Shown: positions 13,501 to 24,590 of the stretch, in pieces | Layout: each line of letters begins with the position of its first letter | How positions within the stretch are numbered: position 1 is the first letter of the stretch | Assembly (NCBI GenBank): GCA_964199315.1 | Contig: OZ116712.1 | Span: 11,718,001-11,782,000 of the forward strand | DNA: 64,000 bases | From: Orbicella franksi | Taxonomy: Eukaryota | Reading direction: 5' to 3' | Translations under genes and position numbers: made by a program | The notes under the pieces: generated by a model | The model's input: only the letters and a program-made list of their open reading frames with translations | Database searches by the model: none | Told to the model about the DNA's origin: nothing

Positions 13501-16500
13501 TTGTAGATTGCACACTTGGGGCAGAGATGAAATCACTCGCAATTTTTACCGGTGATTTGAATCGCTCATGAATACACGTAATGACCGTACAAAATCGCAT
13601 GATACATGCATATCCCAGGCTTTATGAATGTCCTTGCTTAACAGAACATTTTCATTCAATATTGTGTTGGGTTAGCATCTCTCAAATTTGATCATTTAGC
13701 CAAGGCTTTAGGGGATACCCACAACCACTGAAACTACTTGAAGCCTGAAATCGGGGTCTGCAAACTCTGCATTTGACAGTCTTGTTGACTTACAACATTA
13801 AATTGGACTGTGGACTTGCATTTTAATAATATGTTTCTGTGTTGAGATAATTCTTTTCAGAAAATGCAGATGAAAAATCAGTGATTTGAAGGTATATGGT
13901 AACCTTAGAGAAGCTTTGGTTATAGCTTCTTGTAATTTTTTCACTTTAAAACATTAGTTTTTTATATGAGGGGGGTGATTTCATATTACACAGAGGTTAG
14001 CTCATATCAGATATCATTCACTGCTGGGAAATTCATGCATTTGCTCATAGAACACTTTGATTGTTTCTCTTGGATTAAGATTGCAGGAACAGCAACAGAA
14101 GAAACATGGCCTGGAGTGACCAGATTTCCTGAGTATAATGCAGGTAATGATCAGTAAACTTTGCCAAAATTGCAGCGATTGTGGGTGAATTTTTAGACGC
14201 TACTCATTTATTTTGAATTTATAGGCAAAGCCCTGAAATACCCATGAAAAAGCCATCAAATTTAGGAATTGTTTTTCATAGCCTCTTAGTGGTTTTCATG
14301 GTGTTGTAGTTCACAGACTTTTCTTGAGGCACTGAATTCATGGCCATGAAAAAACCATGGCTATCCATTAATATTAAAAAATTTTAATGTTAATAGATCA
14401 TGAAAAATTGGTAATTCGATGGCCTTCAACTATTTTCATGGGGTAAACAAGAAACACATAGACCATAAAAACTACATTAAAATAGTACGTGACCTCTGGC
14501 CTCAAAATCATGGTAATTCAAGCACCAATTTAAAATAAATTATGAAATATTAATTACGAATTGGTTGGTACACAGGACTACAAGGCATGTATCTTTGGTT
14601 GATATAATTGACTTTATTCAACCCTTTCAATGGTGTTTAAGGTTACTCCAAACTTTAGCAGGGATACTCTTGCCAATTGTGTGGTTCCAGAAAATATCCA
14701 TATCCCCCATGGAGGGTTTTTTCCAGTTTGACCCCCTGCCCCCCAGGATTTTCTGTTCCAGGGGACTTTACAGTACTCCTCCCAGCCCCTGGAATTTCCA
14801 TGATTTTTCTACTTGGGTCCTCTACGCCTTAAGCTTCAAAATTCCATATCCATAAATAACAAAGTTTAACTTAGTTTAGCTATAAGTAATTAATTTATAA
14901 GTAACATGCCTTGTTTCCGTTAATTTAGATTTGTTTGTGGACTTTCCACCTCAACGACTTGGCATTGTTGCTCCAAAGTAAGTGGTCAAATTTAGAATCT
15001 GTACTTTCCATTGTTGTAAACAAGAATGATCTCTCTAACCCTGGTTCTTGGCTGAAGGAAGGTAAATTTAGAAAGCCTTGGGTGTGTTTTGTCTGTACCT
15101 GAGAGAACTAAGAAAATTGTTTAGGAGCTCAAAAACTGGAAACTTGCACGCATCATTACAGTGGTACTGCAATGACACATCACTGTACTGACATACCCTT
15201 AAGTTTCTTCTGATGTGAATATTGATCGTGAGACAGGATAGAAACACAAATATGAAAACTGAGACAAGCAGCAATGGTGGCAGACCCAAATTTCTAAGCT
15301 TTGCGAGTGGTCTCAAATTATTCATGTAAAATGACAAGGGCCATGTAAAGTAGGAAAAGTGCAGCATGGTGCAAGTGAGACGAAATGAGCACCTTAAGTA
15401 AGGAGCAATTGGCATTGTTATACCCCCCAACTCAAATATGTTTCCTGATTGGAGAACATGTCACATGTGATGAGTTGAAACTCGCTTACTCCCTAGGGGG
15501 AACAAAACTCATTAAGTCCTAGGGAAACAACAGCTTGAACTTTTGACTTGCACGTGATCAGGTTGTGCACCTTCAAACAGCAGAGAATTTGTGTGCTGGT
15601 CATCCTGATGTCAAAAAGCTATGGAAGTTGGGCCATGTTTCTCACTAGATACATCCTTGGAGATCTAGGGGCTGCTAGTTGGGACGAATATTTTGTGGCA
15701 AGCGACATTTTTGGGCGAAAGTTTACAACAAGAGCGAGAGAGCCCCTGGGCACTTACTCTTACAGAACCAGTTCCAGAAGGATTTGAATTCCTTCCACTG
15801 ATGGATAGCGTAGACGTGGATAACGTAATTCTTTAATTATGCGACTCATGTGACCACTTTGCTAGCCCTTTACTCATGGAAAAACCAATTGAATTTAATC
15901 ATGACTTTTGAGAAAGAAAGCTGTAGTTAATAGTGTTATTGTCATAATTATCATTCGTATCGTTCATGCCCATACATATCCCGAAGAATGTTCCAGATTA
16001 AGACCATTACATCATTGGAGATATTACAACGGCTAAGAGCAATGGTGCAATAATACGGTTTGTGTTGACCAAGTGATGTGGTGTCTACAGTAATCAATGG
16101 ATCATCAAGGACTGCTTTCGAATGTGCACTATGTTGCGACTGTAGTGCTAAGAAAACAGAGAAATTTTAAAAATGCAGTTTTAAGATCTAACAGATCTTC
16201 TGGTTTTGTTCTGTTCCATCATGGATAGTGTATGTTTTGAAACTAGTGCCAATGTTCCCAAGTTTTGGCTTCTTATGCAACCTCATTCCCTGGGTCTCTC
16301 TTCTTCACACCCCCTGAAGTAAAGAAAGAGAGAGGGTGAGAAAAAGAGACCCCCTGGGAACAAGTACATGTAAGATAAATACATTTCTTTATACATTGCT
16401 TTTGCACAGTGCTCTCACTTCTTTATTTACTTGTTTACTTATTTGCGTTAATAACTACATACACCCATGTGTGTACATATGTAGGCTTATCTGTAGTATA

Positions 16501-19115
16501 CACTTCCTCTTGAATGAAATTCTGCATAGCTGGCTACATGGTATGAAGAGACTTGTTAGTTGAAGCTGAAGTTGGCAATTTATTCAAGTAACAAATAAGT
16601 TGTGAATCCAAATGTATTACCCTCTGTGTAGCTTGTACTGTGTAGGCAGCATGTCAGGGCCTCTTCATATGAGCCGGGTAACTGGGCTGGCTCAGTTACC
16701 AAGACAAGTTTTGTTGTCTGATCATATGGAAAAAGACAGCTTAGCTTCAAGAAAGAAGACCAAAATGATACCACATAAAGTAGTATTGTTTGCAGCCATT
16801 GCAGCTTTGGTAAGTCTCATAACTTAACTAATAAATCTTATTGGTATTCTTCTGAAGTAGAAATATATACAAGGCAAAAACATGCCATTTTGTTTCGTCC
16901 TGGATACCCAGGCTGGAGTGTTCATCATACGAGAAAATTCTCATCTTGGTTGTAGAAACCGAGATCTCAGTAACCTGGCTGGTCCACCTTCTCATATGAA
17001 CACACCAATTTTTTACAGTAACCGGGCCAGCCTGGTCAACTGGGCTCATAAGAAGAGGCCCTCAGATAGCTTCTCCTCTAACATATACAGGGTACAGTGT
17101 ATAACTCACTGGGTACCATGCAGTGCATAGCCACCCGTTTTCATTAAAGGGCTTGATGTGGCAGGGTATTCTGCAGTAGCTCCAATATGTTCATGTGCAC
17201 ATACTAACCTACTTACTTCATATAAATGTATTTACTTCTAACTTGCAACCACTTACATACTTATTTACTTACTTTTTTAACTGAAGGCTGCTGCTTTTGA
17301 CTGGTGCTGAATCTCTAGCCGCAGGAATGGTTCAGGTAAACCATAACACACCGGCCTGCATGATATCATCCTCTGACTACAACTACCAAAATTAATTTAC
17401 TTGCTCCTTTATAATTTAAATTTTTAAACCACAACAGTGTTTACATGAAAAATTCCTAATTGGCAAGAGAAAAGGAAACGTGAAGGATTCTGGTAGTCAA
17501 ATGATGCTGTGACCAAGTTAACTAGCAAAATTGCATGATTTTAAATGAGACAGCAAACTATAGCTTTACATTGCTTTCAAAACCTGTGATATCCTTTTAG
17601 TCAAAACACGGATTGATATTTGCACAAGTGATATCTGCTGTTGGATGGACTGCAGTAATTTAAAGTTAGACCAGGATAAAACCAACATTTTATTCATCCA
17701 TTCAGTTAAGAGTTCAGTTCATATTGGAGAATATGGGTCTTTAATGTAACTCCACCAATATTTTCCCCACAAACCTCACACTAGTTCAGTAACATACCAG
17801 ATGATTGTATTTTATGAGTTGTGCTGTTTTGACAAACCTGTAGTGAGTCAAATTATGAAAAACATGTACTTTGTATTATTCAAGTGATATCACTTAGTAC
17901 AAAAGAAAGTTAGAGTTAAAAGGAGTGTGGTACTTGCCGTACACTTGTTGTTTCTATTGCAACTAATCTTGAGAACTTGCTTAACAAAATAAATTTATGC
18001 CATAACTATATCATTGGATTATTTATTTATGTTGTTATCATTTACTTGAACTAATTTACCCCAAGATTTTAAAATTTGAAAGGAAATGTATTTATAGATG
18101 TATACATTGTGTTGGTGGATGGATTTTATAAATTGATGAAATGGGATTACTGTTATTTGTTGTAGTAGTCACAACTACATTACTATTTTGTTCTGTAGTG
18201 TGTTCCAAGAAACAGAATATCTGCCACTGATGCCATGAGACATGCATACTTTAGTAATTTACCAAAGGAGGTGCTCACATTACCTAATGGTATGAGAATT
18301 TTTGTTTTGTTTGACATAAAGAATTTGATCATCCATTCTAGATACCATTTGTCTAAGATAATATACAATAACTATTGTGTGATTCATAGGTCTTGTGTAT
18401 TGAAGGCATCCATGGTCAAGTGTCCATCAACACTCTGACATCAATCAAAGGGAACAACACTCGATTGACAATCGATTGACTCTTGATCAACAGCTTGTGC
18501 TAACAACAGATTTTGTTCTTATACAATTGAACATAGGACCAAACTCTCTTTTCTGCAAGACTTCATTTCCTTAAATGTAATAATTATATGTTTCCTGTAG
18601 AAAAACTTTTGATAACATAAGATTTTGTAAAACATTTTAAACTAAACTGTGCATGTAGCTATATTTAAACATCATGTCAGGTTTTTGTATTCTTGGTCAA
18701 GTACCTCATGTGTGACTTATAACCCCTTTCTCAGTACTTTCAGTGATATCAGTTTCTAAGCTAGAAAGTGTGTTATCTCTAACACAGTAAACAGGACACG
18801 TAAATGTGAAGTTGTATTGCATTGTTTCAGAAATGACCATACCCCTCTCATGGAAGGTTTTTAGTTTGAACCCCACCTCCATGCCCCCTGGAAATTCCAG
18901 TCTAACTACATACTTTCCTTTATAAATTTGGGCTTTTGAACCCCCCTCCCCCCCCCCCCCTCCCCTTTGGAATTTCCATTAACCTTCCTTGGGGTGGAAA
19001 TGGATATTTTCTGGAACTGCACATTGTTTCCTACACTCTAACTATCCATGTTTTGTTTTCAGGGTCATCAATATTTACTGTAGCTGCAATTCAGCTATGC
19101 AAGGATGAGGAGTAA
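1502..19115 (+). CDS. CDK14: PFTAIRE-type cyclin-dependent kinase (CDK14/CDK15-like), 3' part; upstream exons not found in the window
   Basis: Nine AG/GT-bounded exons join in frame: 1502-1563 ([20 protein letters not shown]), 3588-3648 ([20 protein letters not shown]), 4803-4862 ([20 protein letters not shown]), 12772-12865 ([32 protein letters not shown]), 14080-14143 ([21 protein letters not shown]), 14929-14977 ([16 protein letters not shown]), 17287-17335 ([17 protein letters not shown]), 18199-18289 ([30 protein letters not shown]), 19063-19115 ([17 protein letters not shown]). [10 protein letters not shown] and SSIFTV match the CDK14/PFTK1 subfamily; CDK14 vs CDK15 cannot be resolved by eye. 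Confidence 0.92.
1610..2397. mobile_element. Non-autonomous TTAA-target (Kolobok-like) element with long TIRs, copy 1
   Basis: TTAA|AGTGTATATGACATGA...TCATGTCATACACACT(TAA); inverted arms of roughly 280 bp including the GTGTTCTTGAAACTTGGCACC motif. Same family as 47791-48560. Confidence 0.7.
4970..5478. mobile_element. Partial copy of the ACCGCAATAC-repeat element ending CCCCAATGTCCCCCTCT
   Basis: Shares the right terminus and internal CCGCAATAC-type repeats with 39388-40432; left terminus not found. Confidence 0.5.
8095..8522 (+). repeat. Three diverged tandem copies of a ~100-200 bp unit
   Basis: The motif TAGTTACAAAGGTAACTTGA...GTAAA(C/T)TCAA(A/T)TAGAG recurs at about 8117, 8325 and 8430. 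Confidence 0.7.
8829..9863. mobile_element. TTAA-target MITE with long TIRs; right end clipped
   Basis: Left end TTAA|GGTCGGTAATACGGGCAAC; right end GTTGCCTGTATTACCG; inverted arms about 110 bp. A smaller CTTACCATTTAC-ended repeat sits inside at about 9455-9700. Confidence 0.7.
9946..10566. mobile_element. TTAA-target MITE (GGACGTT... family)
   Basis: TTAA|GGACGTTTGCAC...GGGCACGAACATCC|TTAA; TTAA at 9942-9945 and 10567-10570. Confidence 0.7.
14676..14830. repeat. Short dispersed GTTCCAGAAAATATCCATA...GGAATTTCC repeat family
   Basis: Related copies at about 6240-6420, 11110-11210, 18825-19022 and 44850-44930. Confidence 0.6.
16657..17063. mobile_element. MITE with AGGGCCTCTTCATATGAGCC TIRs
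   Basis: Left AGGGCCTCTTCATATGAGCCGGG, right GGGCTCATAAGAAGAGGCCCT. Confidence 0.6.
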
Positions 19116-19269
19116 AAGGTCAGTGACTAATCTCATGTTAACTGTAAGGCTAATTGCAGCACCAAATGGGTAACTGTCTACTGTAGTGTGATTTTTGTCA
19201 TTTTGAGTTTTGAGGTTTTTTGGAAAAAAAAGAAATTATTCCTTATTTGTTGAGTCTGGGCTATGTTAA

Positions 19270-19395
19270 TGGGTGGAGGAGTGAGTGAGAGGTTATGTAT
19301 ATCACGCCAGTCAGATTGGGGCTACTATGCACAACCAATCAAATTTCCTCTTGTATAGGTGAAATGTGAGTGTGAATATTTCATCCTGATTTTAG
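19270..19395 (+). repeat. Dispersed ~130-bp repeat, three same-strand copies
   Basis: GAGTGAG...TGT(C/A)ACACCAATCAGA...AATCAAA...GTAAATG-like motif at about 7070-7190, 10625-10745 and 19270-19395. Confidence 0.55.
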
Positions 19396-20809
19396 AATGA
19401 CCATCTTTGATTTTATTAAAACAGGAACAGGTTTTCTTGTAGTTTCCTTATTTTGAAATTTGGAATGCTGCATTTCACTGTAGTTAAGTTTTTTGTGGGT
19501 GGGTCTCAGAATAATTCTAAATTTGATAATCAGTTGAGGAATCAAAGTCTTTGGTTGCCTGCAAGCAGGCTCACGTTGGAGCACAAGTGCGAGCTGCGAG
19601 TGCAGAAATGAGCAGTGAAGCGAAGGGATGAAGCTGCGAAGCCAAGGTGCAATCAAGACTATACTTTGCATTACTTGTAATTTTGAATGTTATGAGTCTT
19701 ATACTGCAGAATGCAGTATTGGGATGGTGAGGGAACTTTTGTCGATGATGGTATCTACCAGGTTTCAATCAATATTGTTTCTATTATGTGCAGCTTATGA
19801 GAAAAAAGGACAGTACCAACTAATAAAACAAAAACTAAGGTCTTTTCAGGAGCTTATAGGACTATTTGGAAAAATAGATCTTTTAGCAAGGGCTATTGGA
19901 ATGCAGAAAGAAAACTGGGGGTAGCCTGACATATTTTCAGAGGTTATGCAGGATCTCTCATAAAGTGGCAAAATATTTTCTCTAACTTACTTTTATGTGT
20001 GACCAAAAAGGCTCTCATGCTGGCATTTGGAAGGTTTGTGTGACAAGGAAACTTTTATAAAATTTATACAACCTTTCTGGTGTCTGGTTGTTTTAAGTCA
20101 CAATTTGAATTAATTCCTTATTTGAATGAAACCCCTTAAGGTTTTTGTTAAAAAAAAATACTCTTTAGAGTAGTAGATATAGCTAGCAACCTTTGTGGCA
20201 TTTCAGGTACAAAAGTATGGGATCGCGTAATAAAAGGTAGATGTGCATTGCAGTTTGTTGGTCCCTCAACATTAGTGTACACTTAAACATCTAACAATTT
20301 GATCTGATGTTATTTTTTTATTATTATTTTCAATTTTTGGCTTACAACAATTGCCGTACATAAACCCACCCCCTGTTATAATACCCACTGTTTCAGTGGA
20401 GATTTGGGAACCCTTTTATTAGGCAATCCCATACTTTTACACCTATATCTACTGCTCTAAAGGGTTTTTTCTTTTTGAACAAAAAGGAGACCAATCTGGT
20501 CATGGCTGGACATTGTTTGACCCTTAAAAGTTACCATAAGCAACCAGGCCTGTCCTGTCCTAAATGTTTATTGTTTTGTAGTATTTATTGTTGTGGTCTA
20601 TCCTAAACCAAACAGAAGATAGTTATGTTATGTCCTATAATAAGAAAATAATGCATTTTCAAGGTTCAGAAAAGCAGCTGAATACATTAATTTGGAATAA
20701 CAACTCTGGCATCCACTAACATTTTTGTCTAGACCACATGTGTGCATAATTTTGTTTGTGGAAGAAGGAAAACCATCTGCTATTGGATAATTACTAACTA
20801 AATATTATA

Positions 20810-21110
20810 ATATAGATGGGACCCTGCATCCACTCTGATTGGTCAAAAACCCATGTTTTATCAGAGTATAAAACATAGAAAAAGCGTATTTAATTGTTTT
20901 TCACCACCTTATCTCCATATCATAAAGCAAATGAAGAAGCCTAAGCCGTGTATTACACTGTGATTAAACACTCTGGACATTTGAGAACACTCAAGAAACA
21001 TAGAAAACACTCACCTGTGGCTCTTGTTTTCTACATTTTCCTTGTGTTTTCAAATGCCTGTCGTGTTTAATCACAGTGTAATACATGGCTTAGGCTTCTC
21101 TATTTGTTAA
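20810..21110. mobile_element. MITE with internal palindrome
   Basis: GAAGCCTAAGCCGTGTATTACACTGTGATTAAACAC (20936) and its inverted copy GTGTTTAATCACAGTGTAATACATGGCTTAGGCTTC (21063). Confidence 0.6.
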
Positions 21111-21149
21111 GTAATTGTGAATGGTGTTTGTGGATGGTTTTGTAGAAAG

Positions 21150-22401
21150 TACGCTGAGAGCGGGCTCACCTTTGAGTCACGCGCATGAGCGGCAAAGAGC
21201 AAAGCGATCTGACGGAAAGGAGTCTGGAGAAGAGGCGCCAAGAAAGTGAGCCTGCCTTGATCTCTGTAATTTGTTCATTTCTGCTTTGCCTGAGTAAAGT
21301 GAAATGCCATTGGCTGAAACGTGGAAAACTGTCAATCTGTTATGTTTGATGAGGAGCAATTAGATCCCCATGGAGTCGGTAATTTATCGCACGTTCTCAC
21401 AATAAAAAATAAGTCATCCACATTTAGAGTCATAGAAAGAGTTGAGTGCACGCATTACTGAATGTTTTAACAAAGTTCCAGTCTATCTCATTTCTGGGTA
21501 AATATCAAACTGAGGAGGGAGCAGGAAATAGCAGTTGAAAGTATGTTTATGAATCAAGATGTACTTGATGTGTTGCTGACTGCATATGGAAAGAGTTAAA
21601 TATTGCAAATGTATGTGATTGTAAGCAGGCAATGAAACAACACAAAGGTGTTTGCCTAAGTGTTAAGTACTTAGCTGATTTGTTAGTATTGCATCAACCA
21701 AATAGGCATCTTTGCTCAAACGCTACTGACAACCTGCAACTGTACAGGCCAGTGTTTAGGACAAAAAAACTATGGTGGTCACGCTTTTTCATCTTGCGCA
21801 CCCATGCTTTGGAATGACCTTCCGCTAGTCGTGAGGAGCGCCCTGTCCATTGTCATTTTTAAAAACAGACTTAAAGCATTTGTATTTAATCTTTAAGCAT
21901 GCCCATCTTGTTTGTTGTTTAGTTTTTACATTGTAATTGATTATTGTAAAGGACCCTTGATCCTAATTAAATTATTACTATTTTTTCTAAGAGCATGATT
22001 GAGATTTTTGATGTAATTTGCTAGAAATAAATTATTATTATCATTATCATCAAAGACCAGACTGCCAAAGAAAGATTACTTGGAATCAAGTGTGTGTCCT
22101 TGCTGGACATAAGCTTTGACGGTTTTTCTTCTGCAAAACTGTATCAACAACAGATATCATGCCTGCTTGTTGTTATGAAAAAGATTTACAATTTTCCTGA
22201 GAAATCTGAGCTGCCATGATAGTTAATACTTCTGGTGAAAATTAGTTGGCTTATTTTTTCTGCGGTTTCCAGAGTGGAAATAAAAAATTTGCAGAGATCA
22301 GAGCATGCTCACTTTCTCGTCTTGCAGCTTCACTGCTCAATTTCGCGCTCGCAGCTATGCAATGAGCGCTTGTGCTCCAACATGAGCCTGCTCACAGGCT
22401 C
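21150..22401 (+). mobile_element. AcademH-like DNA transposon relic with RecQ-like helicase motif I fragment
   Basis: 9-bp TSD TGTAGAAAG at 21141-21149 and 22402-22410; degenerate TAGCCTG-type inverted termini. 21501-21617 reads NIKLRREQEIAVESMFMNQDVLDVLLTAYGKS*ILQMYV, a decayed form of DVLAVLPTGxGKSLIFQ. Confidence 0.7.
21730..22052 (+). mobile_element. L2/CR1-group LINE 3' end nested in the AcademH-like relic
   Basis: Reads NYGGHAFSSCAPMLWNDLPLVVRSALSIVIFKNRLKAFVFN, typical of the YGxRAFSxxAPxLWNxLP C-terminus, followed by an (ATT)n-like tail. Confidence 0.7.
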
Positions 22402-23576
22402 TGTAGAAAGGAGTTAGTGTAGTATGCTGGTATTGTTAAATGGGATGAAACAAGACCATTTTCCATGTCACAAATATCATTTAATATTGCCATTTGCCCA
22501 AACCATTCAACAAAAATATCATTGTACAGTAACCTACCCATGCCAATAACAATTAAAAGGTTTGTTTAATAATGTGCAGGGTCACATGATGTGACTTCTT
22601 CCTTTCAGTTCCCCATTGTTGCTAAACTCTTTTTTTTTGTTTTGCACAGGTTGTCTCATGTCCATATTCTTGATGACTCTGTCTGCTCTGGCAAAGAATT
22701 CAGTTAATGGGACTTCCCCCATACCTTTGTCAGACGATGTTTACTGTAAATGTGTGAACTTCCAGGCTGAACTTGTTTTGTCAACAATGGACTCGTTGTT
22801 TGTAAAATGTGGACATTTTCTGTTAATGGTTAATTAAGTACAGATTGTGTTGTAAACTGAACTTCAGCAGTGGGAATTTTCTGTTAATAGTTTTTATGAA
22901 GCCTCTATAAGCTTCTTGCCCGGCTATTCATAAGGATGCTGCCACTAGGTAGTGCTAAAAACACAGACTGAAGACCTCACAAACAACTCAAAGACCTTGA
23001 GCTTTAGGTTGTTGAATCATGTACCATACAACTGGACTTGCTCATTCGGTATTTTAACAGGCACAGTGTTCCGTTTATTGAAAATATGTTACCTGTAGTT
23101 TCCAGAATGAGTCTTGAAAGTCAATTTTAAGAATTAATGGGTGTTAAGTTCCAGACATAAGTAATCGATGGTCAATGACATCAATGAGTAATTGATGGGT
23201 AATCAGTTACTGTTCATCCGATTAATCATTGATTATTGGCAGTAATCAATGAGAAGTCCACGATTAATTGTTGACCAAACATTTTGTGGCCTATCCATTG
23301 CTCATTGACATCATTGATTTTTCATTGGTGCTGTTGTTTACTCCTCATTCCCTCTTTTTTCATCACAGGATTTTCCGTGTTCCTATCAACTTATAGAAAC
23401 ACTCGTGGAAGTTTGGGAGAGCTCAAGAAAGCACTGGGAACAGGAGGCAACAGCCAACAGCATTTCTCATTCTCGTAAACTTCCACTTATGTTTCTATAA
23501 CTAAAATCATGAAGAAACTCAAGGGGCACAGACATTGGTTTCACAATTACAATTATTAGTAGATGCTGACTCCTCA

Positions 23577-24590
23577 TCACCAATTTATATTGATATGCGA
23601 CTCTCGGATCGAAGCTCCCATGAACATTTGGCGATTCACTTCCGTCAATCATGCGCTCCTTATATTTTGCTACATGTATAGGGTTGCCACTCATGTTTTC
23701 AAACATATGGGGGCCACTGTGTAGCCTGTTTGTTCAGCATGGTTACTTGTTATTCTTCAAGTTTACATTGGTGAGTGGTCTATTTGCTCGTGCTGGGGTT
23801 AAGCGTTAGCATTATAGTAAGATTTCTGCACGTGGGGAAGACATTTCATTTGGGAAGAAAATTTGGGGAATCTACAGAATAACTCCACGGTTGATTAACC
23901 AGCCTAGATGGGAAAAGCAAGGTAAATGGACAGTAGGTTAGAAAAGAATTGCACAAATCAGAAATACAGAAATATATTTATTTATGAATGATTTTGATTG
24001 CAAGACAATGAATTTACAAGTCAAACTCACTGCCACACGAAAGTATGTACCAAATCTTATTTTTGAAACAGTTAAAAGGCATATTGCCATCTAGCCATCT
24101 CTGTATTTCATCTTTATACACTGCGGGATATTGTTAAGTGATTCTCCTTACAAAAATTATGTCGTGGGATCAGTGTCATCTACTGAATGTTTGTTTACTT
24201 ATGCCAATTATGTGATTCTTTTTTCACCTACCATCCATTTCCCTTGCTTTTCCCATTCCAGCAGGGTAATCAACCATAGATTTCCTGAATTGTCTTCACA
24301 AATGTCTTCCCCTGCATGCAGAAATCTTCCTACAATGCTCACGCTAAACCCATGCACGAGCAAATACACCATGAGCAAAAAGACCACTTGCCAATGTAAA
24401 CTTGAAGAATAACAAGCAACCATGTTGAATGAACAGGCTACACAGTGACAGCCATATTTTCAAAAACAAATCAGGCATTCTTATAGCACCATGTAAGGAG
24501 TGCATGATTGACAGAAGCAAATCGCCAAATGCTTGCAAGAGGTTTGATTCGATGGTTGCGTATCAATGAAATTGGTGGCAAAAGACATGT
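23577..24590. repeat. About 1-kb foldback: ~380-bp diverged inverted arms around a ~245-bp spacer
   Basis: 23577-23955 aligns by eye to the reverse complement of 24200-24590; shared blocks include CATTTGGCGATT, CTTGTTATTCTTCAAGTTTACATTGG and TGGGAAAAGCAAGG. Confidence 0.75.

Noticed and set aside
15068-15430. 120-aa minus-strand ORF
   Set aside because: No domain motif, intronic and antisense to the CDK; consistent with chance.
23370-23500. Exon-like segment after CACAG| (DFPCSYQLIETLVEVW...)
   Set aside because: No recognisable homology, donor or partner exon; it cannot be tied to a gene.
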